DNA from: Eledone cirrhosa
Taxonomy: Eukaryota
NCBI GenBank assembly: GCA_964016885.1
Contig: OZ024745.1
Span: 115,010,001 to 115,074,000, forward strand
DNA length: 64,000 nt
Direction of reading: 5' to 3'
The position numbers and the translations under genes were made by a program. Below, one piece after another: positions 13,769-26,341 of this stretch (position 1 is its first letter; each line of letters begins with the position of its first letter). A model generated the notes under the pieces. That model was not told where the DNA came from. It saw only the letters and a program-made list of their open reading frames with translations, and did no database searches.

Positions 13769-14558
13769 AGTGCAACAAGCTTTAAATCCTGTCAAAGATC
13801 GGTATCATTATGATAAAAGAAACATAACATACCCAACAACTCCTGCTGTGGAACCTCATACTAAATCACCACAAAGATCGTTTGCTGACACACACTATAT
13901 CTCTCCATCTGCTGAAAAGGATGTGCGACGCAATGTTCCAGTTCGCGATATGGTACCTGCTCGTATGAGAGAACCTTTTGCCCGAAGTCCATTGATTCCT
14001 ACAAGTCCGATTGGTCTTCATGATAAGTCTCCTTCTCTAACATCTGACCTTCCTGCTTCACGTGCTTACTATTCAGAGACAGATAGCAGACTTCAACCTT
14101 CTAACAAAAGAAATCCTGGTCGATCACCATCCCCAGTAAGTGCTTTACATGGTGTACGCTCACGACGAATTCGAACCCCACCTCATGCCGCCGAAGTTGA
14201 CAGAGTTAGTCAATGGCAGAGTCCACCACGACGACATAATAGCCCACCAAGGCGCCCTACTTTAAGCCCAACATCACCAATTAGACGAAGTGATAGATAT
14301 CCCTCAGGCCATAAGGTTTTGCTCCCCTCCTCTTCCTCCTCTCAAAGCCAGCTGCCATTACGGGAGCTTTGGCGTCATCGAAATCGTTCCCCAGACAACA
14401 CTGATATTGGACATAGAGCTTCAATTTCTTCATCCTCTTCCTCCTCATCATCCTCACAGCTTCCAATGCGAAGACGTGCACCATCCCCATCTGGACTTGC
14501 TGGTAGCAGCAGAAATCGCAGAGAAAGGAGCCCTGTTTCTAAGAGACCCCGACGGTGA
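13769..14558 (+). CDS. BOD1L1: BOD1L1-like terminal coding exon, Arg/Ser/Pro-rich, stop TGA
   Basis: ttgtag| acceptor, phase 2; ORF 13770-14558 ends RERSPVSKRPRR*; followed by AT-rich UTR-like sequence. Confidence 0.82.
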
Positions 14559-14929
14559 TAATTCAACATTTCACTTCAAAGTCTCTCTTCCACAAATTCC
14601 AAAGCTGTTTGCCCAACTTTGTCTACCAACAGACTTATTTCAGACGGAGTTAAAGAACAGTCTCAACTTTGGTATTGGTTGAATTACATCAAAGATTTAA
14701 AATATTCTTTTTCCAAATAATCACTTCAATTTTTTTTTTCCTCATCATTTCCATGTTAAATTATATCAAACATCTCAAATTTATTGAAAAAAAAGCAGTT
14801 CTGTACCTTTGAGCAGTACTTTTAAAATATTAATCTTATTAAAAGAAAAATTGTATCAAATTGTATTTTATCATTGTTTTCAATTCTAACAAAAAAATTA
14901 ATTCAGACTTGATGATGGAAGAATTGTAT

Positions 14930-15365
14930 CATCATCATTTTATGTCCTTTGTTCCACACTTACATGGGTTGGATGAGTCCTTAGTACAGCATCCACTTGT
15001 TGATTTCCTTTGTCATCTCTATGAGCTTTAGCAGTCTGAGATCAGCTCTCACAACTTTCATCCTGGGATTACTTGGCACTTCATCTAGCAATCATCACCA
15101 ATGCAGTCTCCTCTCCTACACACTACTTATTCCTCTATCAGTTCATCCCTGCTTTCTTCTTGCCTCATTTTTCTAGTCTTTACAGATTCTGTGTGTTCAC
15201 CGTCCTTGTGTCACTACTATGCAGCATCGCACACAAGTGTAATACAGCCGACCATTTGTTATTAGCAGTTCCCTAATCTTCTTCCATCCTGCTCTTGGAG
15301 CACTTTCATCCACTGCTAATTATATCACCTAGTGAATTCACTAGCTATATATGTTAAGTAGCTTA
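14930..15365 (-). mobile_element. Degenerate RTE LINE 3' fragment between the two genes
   Basis: (cat)n/RTE tail; gagcactttcatccactgctaattatatcacctag matches the RTE RT region at ~47215-47260. Confidence 0.55.
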
Positions 15366-15902
15366 CAATTCTGAGTTCTAATCCCTATATGTAACATCAC
15401 CTACTGGGGGTTCTTACATGTGGTGAATTGTTCTTGGTTTGCGTCATGTTTATCATTGCTTTTACATGTTGATATGGGTTAGAAACATTTCAAGGCAGTG
15501 TTTTATGGCTTGAAGCCCTTGTGATTGAAAACCTTTTAGACACTGCTTATGACATGTAAGAATATTGTATATCATTTTAATTCTAAATTGTAACTCAGTT
15601 CTTCTGGTAGGTGATACTACCTACATAACAAAGCTGCTCTTAAAAGCTTGTTCTCTGTTTATGAATTTTTTGTTTTATGCTGTTTAAGCAAAGAGAGACA
15701 GGCAGTGCTAATGGCCATTTGCTGAGACTATTTGGAAAAAAGGTATCCTAAAAAATCAGAGTTTTGGTTCAAATGCTTGCAACAGAGTGGACACTGCTAA
15801 AAAAACACAAAAGGACCAGGTGCTAGAATGTACAATAATGGAAAGAGGTAAGGTTGAGATGGCAGAAGAAATGATTAAGAAAACATTTTTTTAAAATCAA
15901 TA

Positions 15903-15908
15903 TTTATT
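15903..15908 (-). promoter_or_regulatory. Probable polyadenylation signal (AATAAA) of PRDX3
   Basis: tttatt on +, about 210 nt downstream of the PRDX3 stop; T-rich sequence follows on the minus strand. Confidence 0.55.
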
Positions 15909-16116
15909 TATCATGCACAATAAAATAACAGGATTTCTAACCAACATAGCTATTCAACATGTTAAAGTCTGTTGAATAGTACTGAACTCAGAATTAATAA
16001 AAGCCTGCATCTTTATTTTTATAGAAATAAAGACTGATGTTATATGGCTTTCCTTGTTGAGCTCGTCTTTAATAAGGCAGAGAATACAAGGCAAAAAAGA
16101 TATCACCTGAAGAAAT

Positions 16117-16202
16117 TTAGTTAACTCCTTCAAAATATTCTTTGGACCCATCTACTGTGGGTTTTATGGTTTTGCTCTCAGGTTGCCAGTTTGCAGGACA
16201 GA
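16117..16202 (-). CDS. PRDX3: Peroxiredoxin-3-like exon 7 ([28 protein letters not shown]), resolving Cys and YF motif
   Basis: ttttag| acceptor on minus; VCPANW resolving-cysteine motif; TAA stop at 16119-16117. Confidence 0.95.
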
Positions 16203-17211
16203 CTAAAATTAAAAACAAAAAAAATATACATAAGCAGATGGGTACAATGTAGAAAATGATGCTCTCTATCTGCTTTAATTAAAATATATACAAGATGTTT
16301 CATATCTCAAATTGCAGCTGCACCTTCTGGTCTCATGTCAAAAAGTGTTTGTACTAAACTTGTGGAATCTTTTTACCTGTCTCAACCAGGGCTCTGTAAT
16401 GTAAAGCAACCAGATTTGTTGCTTATTTTTTTCTGACTACATATACACAACAAACCTTGTAATCTCACCTCTGCTCTAATTCAGTCATATAAACACAATT
16501 GTCAAGTGCAGATACTGATTGCTCTAACACAGCAAGATGACTTGTTTCATGAATGCCTCTTCTACTATGCCAAAGAGCTAGCTCCAATCTCTTTCTTTGC
16601 AGGGATCTATGAAAACATACTTCAATGTGTCCCAGTCTCAATTCTTACCCATCCAACTTTCTAATCCACATTGTCAACTCTAATGTACCTCAAGGTTAAC
16701 TTTTGTTTCCTATGCTACCTTCTGTATATTAATCTATTTGCTGTTACTTCAAACTAAACATGCCTACTGGGATATCACCTCATGCTCTGTCTCATCTCCA
16801 TACAACCTCAAACTAGATATGTATTCATTTTATGAACTGAAACCTGATAATCTAGTCTCCTACACAACTGTTACATATCAATGAAACAGTCATTTCTATT
16901 AAGAATAACAAACTCTTGCAGTCTCTACAAATGATGGATCTAATCACCTCTTATGGTGACTTCACACTTTTAACATTTTCAAATCTATATTCTAAAAAAC
17001 TACCTTCCTTTGGAGAGTCAGGAAATACTTAAACTGATCAATTGTTGAGCTTCTGCAAGCTCAATTAAGACCCACATTTGAGTGCTGCTGTGTAAGCATC
17101 CAAGATATGAAAGTGATTTGGTTGCTATTTCTAGCAGGTGGAATGACAGCATAGAGGTTGAATTGTTTAAAGTAATGTTCATAAACAATAAGAATGGTAT
17201 AACAGACTTAC

Positions 17212-17342
17212 CTTCTCCATGCTGCTCAACAAATTGGAAAGCTTTGATCAATCGTATGGTTTCATCAACTGATCGGCCTACAGGTAGATCATTAATGGTG
17301 ATTTGACGGAGAATACCATTAGGATCAATAATAAATAGTCCT
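17212..17342 (-). CDS. PRDX3: Peroxiredoxin-3-like exon 6 ([43 protein letters not shown])
   Basis: Canonical AhpC/Prx1 sequence; ttttcag| and |gtaagt sites. Confidence 0.96.
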
Positions 17343-18905
17343 CTGAAAAACAATGAACAGATTATATAGTGATAAAATTTAATATTTAGAATTTACACAT
17401 TTAAAAAAAAAAAAAAATCATTGATCAAAATATGTTCCAATGATTATTTAGTAGTTAACCCTTTTGCAGTTACATTACTCTATATTTACTATTGTATTTT
17501 CACGGGAAACACTTTATTTCACATACTTATCTTACATAATATTGAATCTATTTGGAAAATAGAAGGCATGGATGATGCCATCCTGGAGATGGATTTTGTC
17601 AGGGATGGCACTGATGCTTTTCTGAACCTTGATCAATTCTACTCTTTGGAGATTTTTGTGACTATTAGCCAAGGAATGGCTATTTCAGGTTGGTATCTGG
17701 TGGATACGGATTTTGTCGGTTTTTAAGGGTTTCCATGAGTGAGATCTTGCCTCTTATTCTGTATCAAATCTCAAATCCATTGACAAAACCCCTGCCTCTT
17801 TGTTTTTAGGTCCTACATGGAACCTAGTACTTTTTGAATCTGAGCTTCTCTTGCTCATTCCACCTGTTATGTCTTTAATTCACTTGTATGGTGTCAATTT
17901 GCATTTATGGTTTACTATGCAGCCAGTTCTTTCAACCAGCTTTTTGGCTTATTTTACATCTTCCTCACAGTAATTTACTTTTAGGAAGGACTTTATGGAA
18001 CTAGCACATGAAAGACTTGCATGTCCCTTGTAGATTCCGTTGGCACCTGTAGCATGCCTGGTTGTTGCACAGGTGTTAGTATTTGTAGCTAGTTTGCAGG
18101 ATAGCTGGCTTGTCTTTTTCTTGTTGCTGCTTGTTCTTACCTAGAACAGATTTAGCGGGTGTGTTGTCAATGACATGAGTTGTCAGTTTACAGACAAAGA
18201 CTATTTTGTTCTCATTAATAGCAACATGTTGGTGTTCATGTTCAAATAATTTTCTTTGTAATTGAAATGTATGGTTTTGATTTTCATTTGATGGATGACA
18301 GACAATGCCATCCACAAACATTTGACTGGCAGTTAAACATTTCATCAAGCTGTGCTACTATGTATTGTCACTAAGTTAATATGTACAAAGATAAAATGTA
18401 AAAACATAGAATTATAATTTTTCAGACCACTTAAAATGGCCTCTAATTCTATAATATAAAACTAGTTACCTGGGAGTGTTAATATTTATTTAAAATCTTC
18501 CATCATAATTCTATAGAAGAAACTTTAATTTATTTTCAAAACATCAGCTTATTGATGAAAAAGTTAGTTATATTACATAATCCTGCCAAATATTTTTTAT
18601 TGATTTTCAAATTATTTGGAAAATCATAAGCAGTGTCTTTCATTAGAAATGTGTAACAGAGATGAAAGATGAAAGATCTTTTAATATTTACATCTACATA
18701 TTTTAATTGGTTCTTACTAGGCAGCATTTGAACACGAATCCTTTGTTATCTGAATGAAGTTTAGAAAAAAATATTCCAAGTTTGGAGATCAAACTAACCA
18801 AAGTGTATTGTAAATGTAAATCTTAATCAGACATGTTAAACAAATTAAGAAAAAACCTAAGAATATAGTTGAATAACAGTTTAGGGTAAGACACTAAAAA
18901 CTTAC

Positions 18906-19009
18906 CGAAGAGAAATTCCTGGGTTTTCAAGCAAGACCCCATAATCTGAAGCAATTTGTTTACTTAGGTCAGATAAAAGTGGATACTTTAATTCACCGAG
19001 GCCACCTTG
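18906..19009 (-). CDS. PRDX3: Peroxiredoxin-3-like exon 5 (QGGLGELKYPLLSDLSKQIASDYGVLLENPGISLR)
   Basis: GGLG motif; tttcag| and |gtaagt sites; phase 0 in, 2 out. Confidence 0.96.
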
Positions 19010-19076
19010 CTGAAAGAAAAACAAAATACACATGTAAATCATACAAATATATTATGATCATCATCAACATTTTATA

Positions 19077-19108
<32 letters not shown>

Positions 19109-19231
19109 AATAAATATATAAACACACACACATGAAGTGTTATGGCCGATAATAAATTTTAGTGTTAAAATCATGTTTCTACTTCAAGGACTGAATTCTT
19201 TTAACTGAAGAGAATATAAAACCACAAATAC

Positions 19232-19367
19232 CTTTCTAGGAGTGTTGATCCAAGCAAGGTGACTGAAATGGGAATCAATTGATACACCGACAACTTCCGT
19301 ATTGATTGCGTTGAATTTTTCTATATTATCACTAAAGGCAATAATCTCAGTTGGACATACAAATGTA
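19232..19367 (-). CDS. PRDX3: Peroxiredoxin-3-like exon 4 ([13 protein letters not shown]…[11 protein letters not shown]), peroxidatic Cys
   Basis: FTFVCPTEI active-site motif; ttttcag| and |gtattt sites. Confidence 0.96.
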
Positions 19368-19494
19368 CTGAAAACAATAGAAAAAAAAGGATGGTTTATA
19401 TTGATTTCTACAACGGAAATAGCTGTGAGGAAAGGTTGAAAGGCTATTAACATAAATAACCCAATAACACTATCATAAAGACATTATTCTTCCC

Positions 19495-19682
19495 GGTGGA
19501 TTGGCAGTATCGGTAGAGGGTTGGACGCCATGCTTTGACGCATAGAGTTACGGCCCTTGCCATTCTGAGTTCAAATCCCGCCGAGGTTAACTTTGCCTTT
19601 CATCCTTATGGGGTCGATAAAATAAAGTACCAGTAATGTACTGGATAATTGCTGGCCTTGTGCCAAAAGTAGAAACAATTAT
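19495..19682 (+). mobile_element. Full-length tRNA-derived SINE family A (Meta/MESC-like core, tentative) with 12-bp TSD
   Basis: Box A/B-like head (ggattggcagtatcggtag; gagttcaaatcc); TSD attattcttccc at 19483-19494 and 19678-19689. Confidence 0.85.
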
Positions 19683-20220
19683 TCTTCCCACTCACTCCAA
19701 ACACAAAATGCATATTATATACATAAAAATAACAGCAACATCAATAACCTCATTAACCCTAAACACTGCTGGGATTTACATTAGAGAGAAATACAGAGGG
19801 GTCAGCATCTCATACACTCAAACTAAATCTAGTTTACCTACACTTGCTGAGGTTTCTACTACAACCTTCAGTAATGAAGAAACAGATTGCTAGTAAAACA
19901 AATAACATTCCCAAACTCATCATCATCAGCAATTTTACGTCCATTTTTTCCAAACTGGCATGTGTTAGACAGGATGTTTTGAGACTGTTTTACACCTGGA
20001 TACCCTTCCTGATAGCTGCCTCTTATGACATGCAGAGATATGGTGTATTTATTCTTAAAACTGGGATACTTACTGGGATACGATGACTACACAAATTACT
20101 GCATCTCAGAATGCAATGTGTACTCCTGTGGCAACAAGTTATACCTTGTATATCAAATCTGAAGATTGAACTCTGCTGCACAGTTAAACTCAGAGCGCAG
20201 AAAGCCAGAACAAATATATC

Positions 20221-20568
20221 AAGGCACATGGCTTAGTGGTTAGAGCATTGGCTTTGCAATCGAAAGGTTGTGAGTTCAATTCTCAGACCGGGTGATGTGT
20301 TGTTTCCTTGAGCAAGACACTTTATTTCACATTGCTCCAGTTTACTCAGCTGTAGAAATGAGATGATAGGGACTGAGGTCCCTATCATTCCACTGCAAAG
20401 TGGTCGTGGAGGTGCCACGGCAAAAAAGCACCCAGCACTCACTGTAAATGAGGTTGATGTTAGGAAGGGCATCCAGCTGTAGAAATCAAGCCAGAATCAG
20501 TTCCCATCCCACCCTTGCAAGCAGGGAAAAAGTGAACGTAAAATGAAATGATGATCATGATGATGATG
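20221..20568 (+). mobile_element. tRNA-derived SINE family B with RTE-like tail; copies at ~29362-29693 (-), 48714-49022 (-), 63043-63345 (+)
   Basis: ggcacatggcttagtggttagagc head and ccttgagcaagacacttta core. The copies are highly similar and give the recurring pseudo-ORF LQLSKLEQCEIKCLAQG. Confidence 0.85.
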
Positions 20569-21105
20569 AATTCATGCCCTAATGAACCTGCCAATTTGAT
20601 GCCTAAAACAATATTTTACAAAACAGTTTACAAAGGTTTGCCCAGCTATTCATTAATCTAGGGACATGTTTATTTTATCTAAAAATTAGTAGTCTGATTA
20701 AATTCATAACCAGACTATTATTATTATTATTAATGAATGCAGGTTGCTTAGTGGTTAGAGAATTGGATTCATAATCATGAGTTTCCGAGCAATGCATTAT
20801 GTCCTTGAACAAGACACTATTTCATGTTGCTCCTTCTGCCATGAGTTGTGACCGGAAGATAGTATCAGCAATGGAAAGACCAATGGAAATATTGTTTCCT
20901 TGGTCTGATTTGACAAGCTCCACCCCAACTTGATACGCTAATGAGGTCTGGTATCTTGCCAATCCATTCCTTCATTATTATTATTTTCACACAATGTGAA
21001 TGTCAAATGTAGGGATATTACAATCATCTCTTTTAAACCATTCAGAATTGTTTACAATATAAATGCTTTCATTCACCATTTCTAAATAAACCATAGAAAA
21101 CTTAC

Positions 21106-21250
21106 AAATCTAGAGGATAAAAGAAGAGAACCAAATATTTTCCTTTGAAATCTGCCAATTTAATTTCTTTGAAGTCTCCATTGACAACAGCAGTTCCTTT
21201 AAAGTCTGGTGCAGGTTGTTGTATTTTGGCTGCCAGCAGTGCAGGACCAC
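21106..21250 (-). CDS. PRDX3: Peroxiredoxin-3-like exon 3 ([48 protein letters not shown])
   Basis: [10 protein letters not shown] and FFYPLDF Prx motifs; tttccag| and |gtaagt sites. Confidence 0.95.
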
Positions 21251-22652
21251 CTGGAAAGAAAAAACAGTTTATTTAAAGATAGTTAAAACTGATAAGGAAT
21301 GGATTTATTAGCTCATATTTGCTGTTTGAGTTTTATATGTTCAGCACAAATATGTCTAAGTCTGCAGCAAATACTCTAGCAGAGGAGAGATTTGGCACTC
21401 TAGGAAAGATGTAATGGACTATATGGTTATTGAAACAAAATAGGAATGAAAAGAGCAAGAGAAACAGGTGTGTCAGGTGAAGCTGTTATACAATGAGCTA
21501 GTTGTGAAGAGTAAAGGCCACTGTAGAAGTAACAGCTAAACAGAGAGGAAGCAGCCTAGTTGTAGGTGTGAATTTGTGGAGTATTGGTGATGAGTCTTAG
21601 GAGGCTTTAATCAGTTGGATGACCTTCTTTTGGATATGATCTAGGATGTTGGTGCATGTAGCAGCAACAGCACCATACCATCTCTGAATAGAGCACTAAA
21701 AGAATTAAGTGCCTTTGTTATCCTTATTACAAGAAACCTATTTCTGAGAATGTTTTCTGCAATAATAGATAGGTGTTTCATTGAAGGGAAATACATTTTT
21801 CAGAACAGGGTGGCTTAATTATCATACTTTACTGTTTTCCATCTTCTAAAACATGTATGTATGGACCTGTAACTTCCATTGGAAGGACATTTTAAACTTG
21901 ATTGAACCTATCTCCTCTAGGTTTGTACTCAGCTGATTTCTTCTAGAGAAAGAGTGAGAGAGGAAGTAATAGTTTATCAACCTTGAAAGGATGAAAGCAA
22001 AGTTGACATTGGCAGGATTTAAACTTAGAGTGCAGAAAACTGGAATGAATCCTGTAAAACATTCAATCTGTGGTTCTCACAGTTCTTTCAAATTGCTGCA
22101 TCTTCTAAAATATATACACAGATATTTTATAAAATTGGGTACCTTGTACACCCAATATAATTATTTGGCATATTTAATTAGTTATTTTTCTCTTGTTACT
22201 GAATCTTTTGGTCAAAGACTGGCTCAACTTTATGTAATTCTGATCTACAAGTATTTGAGTCACTGTAAATAGACAAGAAACATCTTTACACACACACAAA
22301 TCAGATCAAAATTATAATTGATTAATAATGAAGCTGATTGAATTGGGCCATTTAGGGATGAGTATTTATAAAAAAAAAAAAAACAAATTTTATATTCATT
22401 TGAAGCAGAATATAAACTTTTAAGGAGCTTAACCTACAAGCTGGTTATATTTCTTGGTCATTGTTGCATTTATTTTAACTGGTTTAATGAAATTCCAACT
22501 TCAGTTTCCTATTCAGTTTATATTTTGTGAGAAACTATTTTTAAACAACCCTGGAATATTTTTCCAATCTGACTTATCTCTGATCCCTACTGTCTCTCTG
22601 TTGGTCCTTCATATTCCTTCTCATTCAGTTTATATTATGTGAGAAAACATTT

Positions 22653-22865
22653 TTAACTCTTTAGCATTTAAACTGGCTGTATCCGGCCAGAATTCTCACA
22701 TCTCTTTCTGTTCAAACAAGCCATAAATGGCCCTTCATACTGACTTTAAGGTATTGTTCTCAAAATAAATATTAAAATCTCCTAGATTCGATATCATGTC
22801 AGGTAAAGCCTTTACCATGAAAATACAATAGTGAATATAGAGTAATGTAAATGCTATAGTGTTAA
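22653..22865. mobile_element. TTAA-flanked piggyBac-type MITE in PRDX3 intron 2
   Basis: TIRs CTCTTTAGCATTTA / TAAATGCTATAGTG bounded by TTAA. The paralogous site at 33211 has a single TTAA. Related ends at 17455 and ~58080. Confidence 0.78.
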
Positions 22866-23071
22866 ACAATTCTGGAACATTTTTTCCAATCTGACTTATC
22901 TCTAACCTCTATAGTCTGTTAATCCTTCATATTTATTTGTTAATACTGGATTACGTCTTCAGTTAGAAAAACTTTTGATATGTTCATATATACATATTTT
23001 TTATTCCTTGGCATCTGAATACAGAAAAGATTTTAAATGAAAGTAGAGAAGGGTGCATCTAAAATTATTAC

Positions 23072-23153
23072 CTGTTTTGAATGTGCGATATTCAAAGTGT
23101 AATCTCTGTGAAGTCCGAGATGCAAATTTAGAAAAATGTTGAAGTCTACAGAG
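23072..23153 (-). CDS. PRDX3: Peroxiredoxin-3-like exon 2, mitochondrial targeting peptide (LCRLQHFSKFASRTSQRLHFEYRTFKT)
   Basis: tttcacag| and |gtaata sites; 82 nt, phase 0 in and 1 out, joins exon 3 in frame. Arg/Ser-rich and nearly free of acidic residues. Confidence 0.82.
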
Positions 23154-24199
23154 CTGTGAAATCATATGAAAAGAAACAGAAACAATAAGATTAGAAAACT
23201 AGTATTACAGTATTGTAGGCTATTTGTTATTAGCTGATGAATCTTTTATAGTCTAATAGATAACATTTAGAAAGAGAATTTAGTGAAGAAATAATCAATA
23301 AATAGATCCATTTCATTCTAAAGCCAGGAAATAATTCCAACCATCTCTATTAGAATCTCATTCATAAACATTCCCACACTTTTACCAGGAAATGAGTGAA
23401 GGAGATTGAATAGAAGAAAATGATAGAAATGATTTCATATAGTATAGTTGTTGTTAGAAAAATAAATTTCTTAGTAGAATATTTTTGTTACTTTTTAAAT
23501 ATCTTTTTTAAAGCAAGAATCATTTTATTTACAATGATAGAGGCACTTGGTATGTAATAATGCTTTCCAGTTGTGATATTAACCCTAAAGTTTACTGTGT
23601 ACTGGGTGAATTTTTATGGCACCAGTACTAGAGAAGTTGTCTTTGACATGTTCTTTTTTACAGCTGGAAGTCCTTTGCAATGAAACAAAAGCAAAATATT
23701 TTAGATGTTTTTTTTTTTTTGCCAACTTTGATCTCCATTAATATATTCCTAGAGTCCTCTGGTCTATTACAGTTTTTTAAAAATAAAATCATAATTATTG
23801 TGCCCCATCCCTACCATCTTAGACAATTACATATTAATTGCTCCAACTTTTAATATTTCAAAGATTTGAAACAGTCATAATTGGCCAACTTCTTTATTCA
23901 CTTAAGTGAACAGTAGTTTCTGTACAATCAAATGTACTGGAAACCTGCTTTCCTATGTTACACATCAGTCAACCTAGAGAACCTCTAAAAGAAATGTTGT
24001 AGTCTTTGGCATCAGTATAACAATCAACTGTGTCTATACAAAAGCCTCCTAGTAAAGTTATCAAACACTTCACATAATCTTCTCTCCTTAGAATTGCAAT
24101 TCTGTTGAACTTGCTTCTTGCTGAGATTTTCCCTACAGATATTGATCAGAAGCTGAAGTTGAGTATCAACTACTTGTGTGATGTTAAATGCATAAATGA

Positions 24200-24505
24200 C
24201 AAAAAATGAATGGGCTGATGGAAAAGCGGAGTATGAAAGGAATCAAATGTAGTGTGCAAAAGAGAACACTGCACTAGTGAGAACATGGATGATGATTCTT
24301 GGGTGAAGAAGTGCCAGGAGTTACCAGAAGGAAGGTGCAGCAAAAAGCTAAGGAAGACCTGGGTAGAAATGGTAAACGTGGATCTCAAAACAGCAAACCT
24401 GACAGAGGATATGACAAAAGAACACAGTAGATAGAGGGAAGCTGTGTTGAAAAAGACCTGTCCAATTCATACAAACATGAAAAAGCAGATGTAAATGGAT
24501 GATGA
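24200..24505 (+). mobile_element. RTE LINE 3' fragment
   Basis: DDSWVKKCQEL…GRCSKKLRKTWVEMV followed by an RTE-type tail. Confidence 0.65.
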
Positions 24506-25689
24506 AGGTCTTCAAAAGTCATCAGCACAACCCTTTTCCTCAGACTGGGAAACTAAATTGATATAATTTTTATTTGTTTTCAAGCTAGACATAATCACCT
24601 ACCAGAAGAAATAAATGCCATATATTGTAATGTCTTATAACTGATTAGATATAATGGAATTCAAATACAATCCTATTTTGTATCCAAACTAATCTTCATT
24701 GTCCAGAGGCCGAGTACATAAAGGGCAAGATGAGTGGGTGTTTATCAGTATTACAGGTTTTTAAATAGAGATTAATTAATGCTCAAGTTATTTCAGTGTG
24801 TATTGAAATCAATTTTGTTAGGGTATTAGGACATCAAACGAATGTTACATCGTATGTAGTAAATTTTGATGCTTAGAGCAAACTCTGCACAGATTGTCAC
24901 ATAATTCCCCTTTCCTCATGGCACACAAACTTATTTCAGTTAACCTTGCCTTTCATCCTTACGGGGTCGATAAAATAAAGTACCAGTAATGTACTGGTAA
25001 TTTCTGGCCTTGTGCCTAAACTAGAAACAATTATTAAAATAAATAAATCATCATTATTGTAGTAATATTTAATAAAATCTGGCTTTAGCCAAACAAAATC
25101 TTTAGAAAAATTTTGGTTCTCCACTAAAATTTGAGATACCCAGTTTTTTTCTTATAGATGAGACTAAATATATTTCAAGGGAATAATTGATCATTTAAAA
25201 TAATTTTATCGCATACTCTCGAGTTATTGTCAAATTTTAAATCAAAAACTTTTATTTCAGTCAATTTCAAAGTGACTAAATTATTGAGAATTGGCCTTCA
25301 GAATTGTAAAGAATACATTAATCAACACTATATTTTTAGAAATGATCAATTTTTTTAGATTGCTGAATATTATGTCTTTGATAGGCTTTTAAAGTTTAGT
25401 CACTTTAAAATTATGTCTGAAATAAAACAATTTCTTAATTTAAAACAGCAACATTGAAGAACATAAGATTAAATTATTTTGAAGGATCGATTATGCCCCT
25501 TGAAATAGATCTTAGACATTCAATAGATGACATTTTCGAGAACCACAATTCTTTAGGTTATGAGTTACAGGTAAAATATTTCTGAAAAATACATCTACCA
25601 CTGTAGGGATAACATTGTATTTAAAAAAATAAATAGATCTTAGTATAGAATTTTAAATATATTCTGTGACGAGAGAATAGAATTTTAAT

Positions 25690-26310
25690 ACTAACATACA
25701 TTTATCAAATCACTGCGTCCTCAACATAACGACTCGCCCTTCTCCTAAGGACCAGAAAATACAATTCCTAACAACTAATGACTCCTACAAAGCTCAGTTG
25801 AGATTCACGATTGAGTACTGGAGCAGAGCTACTGTTACTTACACTAGCATTGTAGAACGCATCCAGAGAAAAAATACCATTCGATTAATAAGTTTAAAGT
25901 CACGCCAGCCTCCGACCTACAGCTGTTCTTCCTCTCAAAATAACTTCAGTCCCTTTTAGCTAACTGGGCTCATGTCACATCCACCAACCAACTCGTCTCT
26001 CCTCCCGTTAGCTCTGTTGTGTTCAACCTCCTAGGTTCTCACTGGCCACTGCTTTCAGTCCATTCTCTCCTTTGGACCCATTGGAACTCCTTCATTACAC
26101 ATATGGGGATGCAACAATTGAAATAGAACAATCTTTCCAGTTTCAGAAGGCCTAAACTTACCAACTAACCACCCAGTTTTAGCCCATACCATTCGAGATG
26201 TAGGCGCATATGGCATAAACACACCTGCAACTACTGATGAAGCCTGTCAACGTCTCAGTGAAGAAACAAAATATACGCACATCTGTTTATTCGTCAATCA
26301 CTTTCAATGG
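25690..26310 (+). mobile_element. Degenerate LINE (CR1/Jockey-like) 3' fragment
   Basis: Translates to an EYWS…VERIQRK-like post-RT motif with stops. Confidence 0.45.
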
Positions 26311-26341
26311 CTTATAACACAAGGAAACACGACTAGCATAA

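Noticed and set aside
18076-18348. 90-aa minus-strand ORF in PRDX3 intron 5 as an alternative exon
   Set aside because: No peroxiredoxin similarity; exons 5 and 6 join in frame without it. Likely decayed repeat.
20221-20295. tRNA-like sequence with A and B boxes (also 19495 and other copies)
   Set aside because: SINE heads continuing into shared SINE bodies; no complete cloverleaf seen.
26232-26280. CTGATGA…GAAAC motif as a hammerhead
   Set aside because: I could not form convincing stems II and III.
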